From assembly GCA_036172245.1 (NCBI GenBank), contig JAYWIR010000098.1, positions 124,001-188,000 of the forward strand: a DNA stretch of 64,000 nt. Reading direction: 5' to 3'. The first letter of the stretch is position 1; every line of letters starts with the position of its first letter. This DNA comes from Raillietiella orientalis. Lineage: Eukaryota. This document shows, one piece after another, positions 34,836 to 47,479 of this stretch. A program made the translations under genes and the position numbers. Below the pieces are notes generated by a model. It was not told where the DNA came from. It searched no databases and was given only the letters and a program-made list of their open reading frames with translations.

Positions 34836-36755
34836 ATGTCGACCCAACCCGAAACTACTGAAGTTGGAGGGACAGCATCCGGATCTGCAATCGCGGAACC
34901 GACGGCCGCCTCCACTTCGTCTTTCTCGCCAATAGAGAGGAGTTTTGCTAACGTTGCTGCCACAGCAGCCGTCAAAGGGAAACCACTCGACGAGTCGGAG
35001 TTGCGGGCATACGTAGCCCAAGGCTATAGACCTGCTCTCCGATATAAGGTGAGTGGCTTTCTTTCTGCGCGCGACGGAAATCAGTTCAACGATGAACTGA
35101 CCCGTGTTGGCATGCGGGAGGATGACCTTCTCGCCATTATGCCCGTGAAAGACATGGGCTATTTCAAGGTGCGTTGCAAAGACGCTGCACTTGTGCAACG
35201 CTTGCTGCGCACCCCGTTGTCGATCCGTGGCCAGAAGGTCTTCCCGGCCGCCATGGACGACTCATTTGTGGCGGAGATTTTCGACATCGAGTCGGAAATC
35301 TTTGATATATATATTCGGAACGCGTTGGTGAAATTCGCCACGGTCCATGCGCTGTGGAGGATGCGTAGCAACCTCAAGGACTTCCCGTCCATACATAGCG
35401 GAGTCGCTGCAGTCCGGCTTACAATGCCGGACCGCCGTCTGCTGCCCAGGAAACTACAGGTGAAAGACACGGTCGTTCACCTGTGGTTCGTGGGCAAAGA
35501 AAGAACGTGCGAGCAATGCGGGAAGGAGGGGCATTGTTTGGATAAATGCCCCTCTGGAAAATGCCGTTATTGCAAACTATCCGGGCACCAATTAAAAAAT
35601 TGCCCGGATCATTTGCCAAAAAAGGCAGCCGCGGAGCTCCATGTTAGAAAACAAAGCGCGGATAAAAAGAAAAAATGGGCGAAAAACCTGGAGACCCCAC
35701 GGCAGAAATTCCGAAAAATCGCGAGGCGGAATGTCGCATCAAAGCAGCAGGAAACCTCGCACGCGAAGCCCTGCGCGCCCCCTCTCGCGGCAGGGAAGCC
35801 GCAAAAGAAAGGGTGCGGGGAATCAAAGGCAATGGTAAGTCCCCCTAGGCGCAATAGCTGTCCTTCCCAAGCACGCCCGGCTCTTTCGGAGTTCCAGCAA
35901 CCGGCGGGGACGTCAATGGGCAACGGCGGTAAGGACACTTCCCGTACCGTCAGATCCATTCCTTCACCTCCTGCAGTGGCTGAGAAGCCCAAATCGGGTA
36001 AGAAAGGTTGTGCCGTTTCGACTTCGAAAGTCAGCCAAGAAGAATCCGCGTCGCGATCCAACACCGCGAAAGCGGAGAAAAATCTCACGCCGTCGCAATC
36101 GGAGAGCAAGCTCTCGACTGGCGCGGATGCCATGCCATCGAAGGGATTAAAAGCCCTTCCGAAGGCAGCGTCCATGACGAGCGTGTCGAAGCCATCCAAA
36201 GTGCTCCCGTCCAAAGACGCGGATGGCTTCAAAGATGGCAATGGAGCACAATCTCCATTTACGGCGCCACGCGAAGTGAGGAACCGTAATGAAGTAAAGA
36301 AGACTTCAGCAAAGCTCCCTCGTGCAACTGCGCGTGAGCACGCTGAAAACGCGCGCGCCGGGAAAGCAGCCGTCACCAAAAGCGATGCTCTGGTGACGGA
36401 AAACAAAAACAGGACAGCTGTCTATCCAGCAGAACCGGTCACTGCTTCGCGGAAGGCCGAATCCCCATCAAACATACGCCGGTCGGACTCCTAAATGGAT
36501 GCCGTTCTGATCACCGAGACGAGGACAACTCGTTCAAAAGCGTGTGCGCGCCGATCAAATGTAGGCAGCCAGGCAACGCTCGCCGCGAAGCAACGCGAAG
36601 TCTCCACGAAACCCGACGGGGTTCAGCCTGGCGTGGAGGCATTACATACATGCAGCACGACAGAGGACGGTGGCGACCGTCCCCTCCAGCCAGTCGTGCT
36701 GCTCGCCGTCTGCTTGCCGGATAAAGCGAGCAAAAAGTCGCCACCTTCCCAGTAG
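34836..36755 (+). pseudogene. Element D' ORF1 (2 CCHC knuckles), in-frame stop at 36492-36494
   Basis: ORF 34812-36494 (CEQCGKEGHCLDKC, CRYCKLSGHQLKNC) plus 36495-36755. Confidence 0.9.
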
Positions 36756-36757
36756 TA

Positions 36758-39700
36758 ATGCGGGAAATCGCGTCTTCTCCTCTTTTGTCCGTAACGTGTT
36801 GGAACGGGAACGGACTACAGAACGACGAGAAGAGGCGATTAGTCGCCAACGCCCTGCGCCTCTTCGACCTCGCGCTCCTGCAGGAGATTCACGTAATCTC
36901 CGACGAGCAGGCAGCCGAAATCGAGGAGCGCGCAGGCGGAACGCTACATTGGCGGTGCGGCGGCGCACACACGTGCGGCGTCGCGTTCCTCGTAAGAGGA
37001 AAAATGGCGAAAGCGGTGCGTAGTGTTCGTTTCGATGACGAGGGACGGATAGGCCAGCTTGTCATCAAGTGGTCCGAGTCCATCGATCTCGTCGTTACGA
37101 ACGTCTACGCGCCGAGTGGCTCTCGCTACCTCGAAGAAAGAGTAGCCTTCTTTGGTGAGGTGCAGAGCCACTGGCTCAACAACTCCGGTTTCCAAGTGGC
37201 GCACCTCGTCGCTGGGGACTTCAACGTCCGCCTGCTCTCCGACGATTGGAACCGCCCGAGGGAACGCGCGCTGCCCATCGAGATGTGCGCGTCCGTGCAC
37301 GCCGCCAACTTGATGGTTTGCGAACCTGGAATGGAAAGATCGCTCGATCACCTTTTCCTCGATGAAAACCTGCATACGCGTGTGGGTAGGAGAGGAAGAT
37401 TGTTGACTAGGCTTTCTGAGCACCACAGGTTGGAGTTTGAGATCCATCCGCCAGGCAGGGGGCCTCCGTTGCAAAACTGGAGGATGCAGGCGGATTCGCT
37501 TAGCCAACCGGAGGCTGCGGAGCTTCTACGTGGATACCTCCGAGGCTTTGCCATTCAAGAACTTGCGGACTGGGACGATCTCAAAAGATCTGTCCACGAG
37601 TTCTGCTGCCAATTCCCCTTGCCCTGGCTTCCACGCGGTTTCGGAGAGGGCGTGGCCAACAGTAGAGACCTTCTACAGGGCTGCACGTTTTCGAGACGCC
37701 CGGGTCTCGGGCGTCTTGCAGATTTCAAGGAGAGGGCCGAGCGCCAGGTCTGGCAGTCCGTAGCAGCATGCCTGTTGGACGATAAGGGCCAGGAATGTTC
37801 GGCCCCAGCCGAAGTACGCCGCATTGTGAGACAGTACTACTTTTCGCTCTACGCGGAATTCCCGACGGAGGATATTCTTTCTGAGATACTCCTGTCTTAG
37901 GGTGCTCGTGTTGTCGGCGAGGAGGAACGCGAACGTCTCAACGAGCCCTTCACGGCGGATGAATTTTCGTTTGCAATCGCTGGGCTGAAGAGACGAAAGG
38001 CGCCAGGCGAGGATGGGCTCCCTGCAGAGTTTTATCAGTGCTTTGCAGTGGAGCTCATTCCATTGATGCTGAAACTCGCGACGCTGATGAGTGAATCCGG
38101 GAATGTCCCGGATTCCTTCCGCTCAGCGAAGGTGCGTCTCCTGCCGAAAGGCGGAGACTTGCGTCAACTTGACAACTGGCGTCCGATCACCTTGGTGAAC
38201 TCAAACGTCAAGTTGTTTTCCAAGCTGTGGGTCGCGCAATGAGGAAGTATCGCGGAATCTGTGGTGAGCCGGGAACAAACCTACGCGGTTTCGGGACGAT
38301 CCATGGAGGCGAACATCCTTTTCCGGCGTACATGGATGCAGCTGCAGGAAGTTGTGGCGCAGCAAAGCAGGCTGCTGCGAAAGTCACTGCCGCAGGCAAA
38401 AAGAACAGGCGCCGACGGCAGGAGGGAACGCCAGGTGCCTTGGCGGTCGCGGTCGATCTCCACAAGGCGTTCGACTGCGTAAACCAAAAGCTGCTTTTGG
38501 AGCTTATGGAACGCCTTGGGTTCCCGGCGCAACTCCTGCTGTATTTGCGCGCGTGCTGGCGCCACGCGCTAACCTGCATCACTTTTAGCGGCTGCCGCGT
38601 GTATGGTATTCCCGTTCGTAGGGGCATCCGACAGGGCGACAGCTTAAGCCCGTTGCTCTTCAGCATCTTCTTTGAGTTGGTGCTAAGAGCATACAGGCTG
38701 ACGCTGTCTCACTTGCCAAGCTCCTGCCCGGGAACGCCTGCCGTGGCCGCCTACGCTGATGACCTGCTTCTTCTGCTCCCCATGTCCACCCCGGCGTCCA
38801 GTGTCGAGGATTTCTTCGACCTGATTCGTCGGGGAGCGGGCATGAGCGTGAACAGAGAGAAGAGCGTGGTCGTTCCTGTGGGTACGTCGTGGGAGGGGCA
38901 GTCCGACTGGATCCGCATGGGGATCCTTACGGGCGGGTACTTTAAGTACCTTGGCGTTCCGTTGGGCGCTTTCGGCGCAGCCGAAGCGTGGGCGGACTGT
39001 CTTCAGAAAGCAGAGTTGGCGATCAGCCCGTTCTTTAACGGCAAGTTTACCTTGCAGGAACGGGCGACTATTTGGAACACCTTTGTGGCCCCCCTCCTCC
39101 GTCCCCTGTTTTTTGTTTTGGACCCCCCCTATGCGGCAAAACAGCGGGCTAAACGCCTTCTCAGGAACGCTCTCTGGGGTCCGGCGAGATCCAGGATCCG
39201 CCTCAAAGATTTGTTAGCTCCGCGTCGGGATGCTGGTTTGGGTATCTTGACAATGGAGCGAATCGGACTGCAGGTGCAGTTCCGACTGCTGGCACTGTGT
39301 GCCCAGCTATGGACATCCCCCCTGTGTGTGCCAGCCCGCATTCTCCTGCGGAGATGCGCCGGCAGCGGAGGATTTCTCTCGCTTTTGCCGGGCACTCAAT
39401 ACAGGAAGCGGGGTTTCGGGTTTCCATTGCGGCAGTTGACCGCACTTCTGGAAGCTCACTCGTGGATCTCCTGCCGCCCAATGAACTTTGAAGCTTGGCG
39501 GCAGGAGTCTGTTGAATCCTGGGCGGCGTTCCAAGGAATACGCCCTGAAGATCTTCGATCCTGCGTCAATTTTTTCCACGATCCTTGGAAAAAGTACTGC
39601 AGGACGAGGTGAAGTTTTCTACCCTGGCTGCCACGCCTCTTGCCGCAGCGCTGTCTGTTCTCAGGGCAAGAAACGACAGTTACCAACCGGCGAGGTGGGA

Positions 39701-40349
39701 GGTTTCCTGCACGATAGCGGGAAAAACCAAAATCCTTGGCGCCTGGAAGACGAGTGAGATGGCGGACGCCGCTACTCCTCGTGTTACTGCAAAGGGACTC
39801 CTCCGGTGGGCAGAAGAACTTGCTGTCACCCCCGAAGAACTTGTAGTCCCTCCACAGTGTATTGACAGTTCGCTGCTCCCCCTTGCTTGGAAACAAGCCG
39901 TGCTGCTTTTCGTTCACTGGGGTTTTAAGTGCAACGAGCGTTGGCATCGTGACTCCGGGGGACTTGCGTCTGCGAACTGCGTTCGGTGCGGATCGACGGA
40001 GTCGATTCCGCACCTACTTCCGGACTGCGGTGTCCTACATGGACTGTGGCGTAGGCTGGCAACAGCATTTATGCATCCCGTGGACACCGCAAGAGACTTG
40101 CTGCGACGATTCTTCACGCAGAGCGGGCTGTCACGCAGCGCAAGGATTGCAACCATCGGTTGCATACGCGCGATAGTTTCCGTCCGCCAGGCGCTAGAAA
40201 TCAACGGACAGCACCAAGAGGTAATCAGCAAAGCATCCTTTTACATGAAAGCATCCGCTAGATGGCCTCATTTGACAGAGAAGACAAAAAGGAATCTCGC
40301 CGCAATACACCGCCGGTTTACACACCCTCAGCAACGGCCAACCCGTTGA
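36758..40349 (+). pseudogene. Element D' ORF2, disrupted
   Basis: ORFs 36758-37900, 38048-38242, 38227-39612 (DLHKAFD, YADD), 39585-40349. Confidence 0.92.
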
Positions 40350-41912
40350 TCATTGTCCTGCCCTCCATAAACTAATTTTGTATTTTCTTTTTACATCCGC
40401 GTCCCTATAGGCTCCGGAAGATTTGAGGTGCTCATCGTTTGAATCCCCGTGAGTACGGAGCCTAACCAAAAACCCTTCACCCTTCTTTCCAGTTTTTGAT
40501 TTTTGTTTGTTTCCCCTTATTCCCCCCACGCTGCGAGCGGTTTGTTTACCAGGCCTGCGTGCCGGTAATTTTTCTATGTTCTTTGTCGTTCTGTTGGTTG
40601 GAGACATTGTCCCTGACCAGTTTATTATTATTAATAAACGCCCCGGCGTGAACGGGTGATAAATTTCAATCTCCGCCTGCTAACAGGTGAGCCGGAAACA
40701 CAAGTGAACGCGATGAACGAGTTCTGCGCCGCCATGCGTGCGCGCAACTTGTTTGCGGTGAGAGGGGAATGGTCCGCAGCATCGACCACGTCTTACTCGA
40801 CGCTGACTTGTGTTCACGTGTCGGCAAACGGGGGAGGGTTGCGTCGACGTTGTCGGACCATTCCCGGCTAATTTTCGAGATGCGGCCTCGCGACAAAGGA
40901 CAGTTATCCAGGGATTGGCGTCTGCCGCGGGACTGGACGCGACCCTCAGGTGCAAAGGAACACCTTCGGGAATACCTGAGAGGCGTCACGTTACTGAATC
41001 TCCAGGCCTGGGGGTTCTTTAAGAAATCGCTCCGCGAGTTCTGTGAGCAGTTCCCCCTGGATGGCCTGCCCCCTGGATTCCGCGAGGGTGCTCGCAACCA
41101 TCGGGCCTATTTACAGGCTCGTAGGTACGAGAGAGCCGCTTATGTCCGTCGCCTGGCCGAGTTCCGGGCCGGGGCCGAACGCCAAGCCTGGCATTCCGGG
41201 TTGGCCAGCTTGCTGGTCGACCAGGGCCGGGAATATCCGTCCCCGGCGTCGGTACGGCATCTCGTGCGAAGTGTTTATTGTTCCCTCCACGCCAGTGAGC
41301 CCCCGGATCGGAACGCCTCTCCGCGCTATCTTCCGGATGGCGCCCCGGCAATAGGGGAGGAGGAGATGAAAAGCCTCGACGAGCCTTTTACCACCGGCGA
41401 AATTCTCGCCGGTATCAAAGGCTCAAGAGGCGTAAAGCTCCAGGGGAAGACGGCTTGCCCGCGGAGTTCTTTTAGAGCTTCGCGGAAGAGTTGGAACCCC
41501 TGCTGCTTGAGTTGATCAGGCTGATCCGAGACGGAGGCGATGTTCCCGCCTCGTTTCGGTCAGCCAGAGTGAGGCTCCTTCCGAAAGGGGGAGACCTCAG
41601 GAATTTACAGAACTGGCGTCCGATCACAATCGTGAATACGGACGCCAAGTTGATAGCAGGGCTATGGGCTTCGCGTCTGGGGCAGGTGGCAGAATCCGTA
41701 ATTAGCCCGGAGCAGACTTATGCTGTTCCCGGGAGAAGTATGGATGCCAACCCCTTCTTCGCAAGCACATGGGTGCACCTGCAGAGAAGAGAAAAGAAAG
41801 GGATAGGGAAAGTCGGCAACCCCACATTGGGGCCGTCGGCCTGGCTGGAAAGGGACCCCCGGGCAAGGTAGGGGGCCCCAGCGCTCGCAATCGACCTCCA
41901 CAAGGCGTTCGA

Positions 41913-44900
41913 TCTTCACCCATATTTCGCCGGGGCGTTTATTGTAAAATAAACATTTACAAAGACGTGCGGTGGCTGGTCCATTGCTCCAGCCACGCAC
42001 GAAGAAACACATAGCCTGCCGGGTCACCGGTTCGCAAACCGGTACGGTCCACCACGGCAGCAGTGGGAAGGGGGAAAAACAAAAAACAAAACAAAAAAGC
42101 AAAGAAAAGTTGGGAGGGTAAGGGAAGGGATCACAGTTGCTGGTGGGGCCGTTGCATCCTTTGCAGGATGCCGGCAAGCTCCTTCTGAATTCCTGGATGC
42201 AGGTGGGGCTATCGGAACGTTTTCCTCAGGAACTGGGAGGCTGGCTGGATGACACCCTGGTCGCGTTGTCCTCCCGTAGCCTTGATCCAAGCGGTGATGA
42301 TCCCGCGTAGGCAGCACAAAGCTGCTAACGAGGCTGCTGGCCGAAGGGCGTCGGCAACGAAGAGGGCTTTCAGTGCGTGCCTGGGGTTGCCGTAGGGGAT
42401 TTCGATGTCCGCGTTAAAGCGAAACCAAAGGGGCCGAAGGTCAACACAATCCACTAGCAGGTGGGGGAGGGACTCCCGTTCCCCACACCTGACGCAATTG
42501 GGGTCCACCGCACCCCAGGTCCAGTGGTGTCGGCGGGCGTTGCAGGGGAGTCCCCAGTGCTGCAACAGGAGAGCCGACTCCTGCCATTTCAAGGAAAGGG
42601 CGGAAGTGTTCATGAGCACCGGGGGCCACTTCAGATGTTCAATGGGAACATCGAGCAGCGCGCCCCAGCGCAGAAGTTTATTGGGAGGCGTAGTCGGGGT
42701 CGCAGCGTCTGTTAACTGGCCCGTCTTCCACTCTCCTATCTTCTTCTCCTTTCCGGAGATTGTAACTGAAACCTCCCACTTTGCCGCAACATCGCTGTCC
42801 AGATCTTCCATCAGGGAGGGCAGCGCAACAGCGAGGGGGGCTCTTCCTGTTCACGCTCTCTTTTTTGGATCCTCAAGGATCTCGCGTTGCGTTCAACTTC
42901 TGTAACCCCAAAGAGGAACCTTCGTTCCTGTTGGGAGCGTTGCATGCCGAACTGTCCCCACGTTCGAACGGTTTCCTGCAACCAAGCACTACCGTTCAAC
43001 GGCCGACAGGTGAGCAATCCTGGGTTTTTCCGATACTGCGCAGCCACCCTCCGTAGCAGGAGTCCGCATCGGTTGACGCGGCGACGGAGTGCAAGAAACG
43101 ACGTCAGTCCCGTCTTGCCGGTGGCTTGCTGGAGAAGCAGAAGTGCAGGGACGCACCAACAGGTGCACCTTTACTCTGGAACGAGTGCCGACAAGCGGAA
43201 CTGGAGTTGAAGCTCCAGCCGCTCCAGTGTCAGCAGGCCGAGACCACGACCCCGACGAGGAGCGCACAAGTCCTTTAAGCGGACTCGGGCCCTCCCGTTG
43301 CGTAAAGGGCGATACGGAGGAGGTCCTTTGTCCGCTTTTTAATCCTCTCTGTGAAGGGGCAAACAAAAAGCAGGGAACGGAGGAGAGAAGCCGCAAACGT
43401 GTTCCAAAACGCGGCCCGTTCAGGCAGGAAAAACCTGCCGCCTGAGAACGGGCCGATCGCCGTCTCTACTTTTGGAGGCAGCCGGACCACGCTTCCGCAG
43501 GGGAGTTGTTTCTCAACGGTACACCAAGGTACTTCAAGCACCTCGTCGTGGGGATCCCCAGACGGACCCAGTCCTGCTGCGCGGCCCACGCCGCACCAAC
43601 TGCCATCACGGACGACTTCGCCCTGTTCACCGTAATTCCGGTTCCCCGATGCAGCAGGTCGAATAACTCCTCGACCGCCGCAGCCGGGTTGGACATAGGG
43701 AGTAGCAGCAGAAGGTCGTCCTCATATGCTGAAGCATCCGGCGTACCGGCACAGTCGTGCGGCAGGTGCGCCAGAGTTCCCCTGTACGCTCTCAGTACCA
43801 GCTCAAAGTAGGTACTGAAGAGGAAGGGGCTCAGGCTGTCTCCCTGCCGGATTCCACGCCGCACCGGCACGCCGTGCACGGTCTGCCCGCTGAAAGTAAC
43901 ATTGATGTGCGTGTCGCGCCAGCAGGAGCGCAGATAGGCCACTAATGAAGCCGGGAAGCCCAAGCGTTCCAGAAGCTCCAGAAGGAGATTCTGGTCGACG
44001 CAATCGAATGCTTTCCGCAAGTCGATTGCGACCGCAAGGGCTCTCTCCCCCACCCGACCATTCAACCCCCTACCTGCGCACGAACCGGAATTCCGGCTGC
44101 GCACCAAACTCCTTTCATGTTGTAGCTCTAGCCAGGTGGAAGCGTGGAACAGGTTCGCCTCCATGCTTCGCCCGGGAACAGCATATGTCTGTTCTGGGCT
44201 GATCAAGATGTTGGCAACCTGTCCCTGACGCACTGCCCACACCTTAGCCAGCAACTTGGCGTCCGCATTCACTATTGTGATCGGACGCCAGTTGTTCATG
44301 CTCCTCAGATCTCCTCCCTTAGGGAGGAGCCGCACCTTTGCCGAACGAAACGAGGCGGGAACGAAACCGGTTTCGCGTATCAGCAAGGTGAGTTGCTGTA
44401 CAAATGGGGTAAGCTCAGACGCGAAAGTTCGATAAAACTCCGCGGGCAGGCCGTCCTCCCCTGGAGCCTTTCGGCTCTTGAGCTTTACGATGGCCGATAG
44501 AATCTCGTCCATCGTGAAAGCCTCGTCGAGGGTCTTTCTCTGCTCCTTCCCGATCGCTGGAGCGCCTTCTGGAAGCAGGAGTCGTGAAACGTTCCTCTCC
44601 GGAGGTGCTCTGGCATACAGGGAGGAGTACTAACTCCGCAGCAGGCCGCGGATTTGGGCAGGTGCCGAGTGCTCCTGGCCCTGATCGTCCAGAAAGCTGG
44701 CCGATCCGGACTGCCAGGCTTGCCTCTCGGCTCCCGCTTTGTATTCCGCCAGCCTGCGGATGACGGGGGTCCTGGCGTAACGACGGGCCTGCAGGTAGGC
44801 TCGTTCGTTACGGACCCCGGTCCCAAAACCCGTAGGTCAGCGGTGCGGAGGAAACTGGTGGCAGAACTCCTGGACCGACCGCTTGAAGCGGTCCCAATCC

Positions 44901-47479
44901 TGGAGTGTCCGCAGACTGAAGCTCCGTATGAACGTGCGGAGATGTTCCGCCGCGTCCGAAAGCTTCAGCCAGTCCCCTGGAAGACGCCAGGCTGACGAGG
45001 GGGGGCCTTTGTCGCGCGGATGGATCTCGAGGACTAGTGGGCGATGGTCGGACAGCTCGCACGGTAACTTGCCGCGCCTGCCCACGCGAGGGCACAGGTG
45101 CTCGTCAAGAAACACGTGGTCAATGCTGTCTTCCATCCCCGGTGCATTGGCCAACAGATTACAGGTGTGCACCGCCATGCACACCTCGTTGACCAGGTCA
45201 CGCTCGGGATTCTGCTCATCTGGTTTCAGGCGAACGTTGAAATCGCCTGCTACCAGATGGGCATTCCACACGCCTGCTTCGGTCAGCCAGTCTTGCCGGA
45301 GGGCAAGGAAAAACTCTTTTTTTCGCCCTCCTGTTCATCAGGTCCTTGCCGCTCGTTGCGTACACGTTCGTGACGATCAGATCGATCGAGTCGGACCACC
45401 TGAGAGTCAGCTGGCCGACACGACCGTGAACGTCGAACCTCACGCCCCGAGCCGCGGCCTCGACGGCTGGCCGAAGCAGGTAGGCGACACCGCAACTTTT
45501 CGCTCTCCCACACCTGTACCATAGCCGCCCTTCGGAGATCCGTTAGATCTCTTGCGGTTGTTCTGCAGAGATCACGTGGATCTCCTGCAGCAGCGCAAGG
45601 TCGTAGGACTCCAGAAGGGCGGCCATGTCTCGTCTCCTGCCGGCGTCTGTCATGCCGTTCACGTTCCAAACGGCGATGCGCAGACGAAGGCGGGAGGAGA
45701 TTCCCGGCATTACTGCTGGGAAGATTAAGGTGTGGGGAAGCCCTCCTCTTGCGAGGCGGGCGGGATGTCCATGGGGGTTTCGGCCTTCTCAGGCACCTGA
45801 GGCACCTGTTCGGCCTCCACCCCGTCCATCCCCTCCGTGTCCGTGCGTGGGAGTTCCTCGGGGGAGGGGTCCCGAGAGTTTCACACGCTCATGGCACCCT
45901 CGCTTGCGGAAGCCATCTGTTACCCTTCGACGGGGGAGACGAGCTTCCTTGGCTTTGTGGACTTACGTCCAGCCTTCTTGCGCGGTGCCGTAGAAACGGA
46001 GGCTGCGCTCCCGGTCTCCACCTCGGGGTCGAAAGTGGGGGACTCCTGAGGGGAGGCCGGACGCCTTACGGCCTTCTTGCCAGCCTTGGAGGGTTCTGGC
46101 TGCAACGAGGCTTCCAGCTCCTACGCGGCTCCCGCGAAGGCTACGTCATCGATGGTGGTGTCGATGACGGACGCCGCCGCCGGCTCGCTCCCCTCGCTGT
46201 TGACTGTGTCAACAGAGGGGAGGTCGTCGGTAGCGGAGAGTTCTTTCCGGCAGCGTTCGGCAACATCGAGAACGCGTTCGACAACGACGCTGCACTCTTT
46301 AATTATCGCGCTACCCTGCTCTTTCTTCTTCTGTTGGTAGACGATTTTCTTTTCCATCCTCCTTTCCTTGTTTGATTTTTTGGCTGTTGCCACTTGCCAC
46401 TCAGTCTCCTGGCCGGCTCCCTCAACTTTTTCGGCGTTGGTCGCGGGGGTCTCGGGTGCGGCCTGGGTCTTGGGCGCGGGTGGCACAGCCTTCGCGGAAG
46501 CTTTCGCCGCCAACTTTTTCTGCAGCAGCCGGGCGCGTTTTTTAAGGTTTCTCTTGGAAACCACCCGCACTGCTGCTTTTGGGCACACCTCCCTCGTGTG
46601 GCCCATTGTGCCGCATACTTGGCACTGCACATTGGGACACCTCTTTTTAAGGTGGCCCGACGTATTTCAGAAGCCACAGTATTTCGGCTTCCCCACATAC
46701 CAGAGGTCGACGGTTTCGCCTTCGAGCACCAGTTTGTGGGGAAGAGTGCAGCCCTCCCGAACGGTCACGCGCGCAGCAGTGAGGCCGTGTTGCAGCCCCG
46801 TGTAGTCCTCGAAAGCACTAACTTTTGTCCACTGCGCGTGGACCGTTGCGAACTGTTCCAAAGCGGCGCGAACCTGTTCTTTGCGCATTCGCGCGGTTAC
46901 GCCTAACAGGTGGACCACCATTTTGCGGTTCGCCGTAGTGGGGAGGAGACTGCGCGTCCCCATCACAACGGGGGTTTTAAGCAGTCGTTGCGCCAGTTCT
47001 GCATGTTTGCAGATGACCTCAACGTACTGACCCCGCTGCGTATGGTCATAGCGCTAAGCTGCTCCCCTTTCACATCGAGAGCGCGCATCCCCTTCGAGAA
47101 GGCGCGCGCGCTTTCTTAAGAAAATAAATTGCCTACCTTGTAGAACAATGAGGGGTTGTACCCCTCCTCCACATATGCTGACAATTCCGCCGCGGCTCCA
47201 GGCGATGGCGCCGACACAACGGCGCTTCACGCCCGCGCTGCAGCGGGGACCGATTCTGTATGGGCGGTTGCCCCCACCTCCATCGCCTCTGGGAGCGACG
47301 TTGCCGCCGCCCCCTGGCTCTCCATCGCCTCTGGGGGCGGCGTTGCCGCTGCCCCCTGGCCATCCCTGCTGGTCGCGTCAGGCATCGCTGCCTGATCGAC
47401 CACCGAACCACACGACGCTTGCACTGGGGGAGACTTCCTGGCACGAGAGGCCCCGAGAAAACCCTTCCGCTCTAGAGCG
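41913..47479 (-). mobile_element. Element E: full-length (~5.6 kb) with 14-bp TSD
   Basis: CACAAGGCGTTCGA at 41899-41912 and 47480-47493; ORF1 ~45710-47440 and ORF2 42131-45710 (YEDD variant), both disrupted. Confidence 0.95.

Larger units (their letters stand above)
34757..40662 (+). mobile_element. Element D': full-length second D copy (~5.9 kb) with 8-bp TSD
   Basis: ATTTCAAT at 34749-34756 and 40663-40670; collinear with D in inverted orientation. Confidence 0.95.

Noticed and set aside
40350..40607. 85-aa antisense ORF over the D' 3' UTR, also open in D (~22,490-22,747)
   Set aside because: About 14 of 85 residues differ between close copies and there is no motif, so no sign of coding constraint.
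22435..40662. D and D' as giant inverted terminal repeats of a composite element, or an inverted duplication
   Set aside because: Each has its own TSD and a different host family; they are independent insertions.
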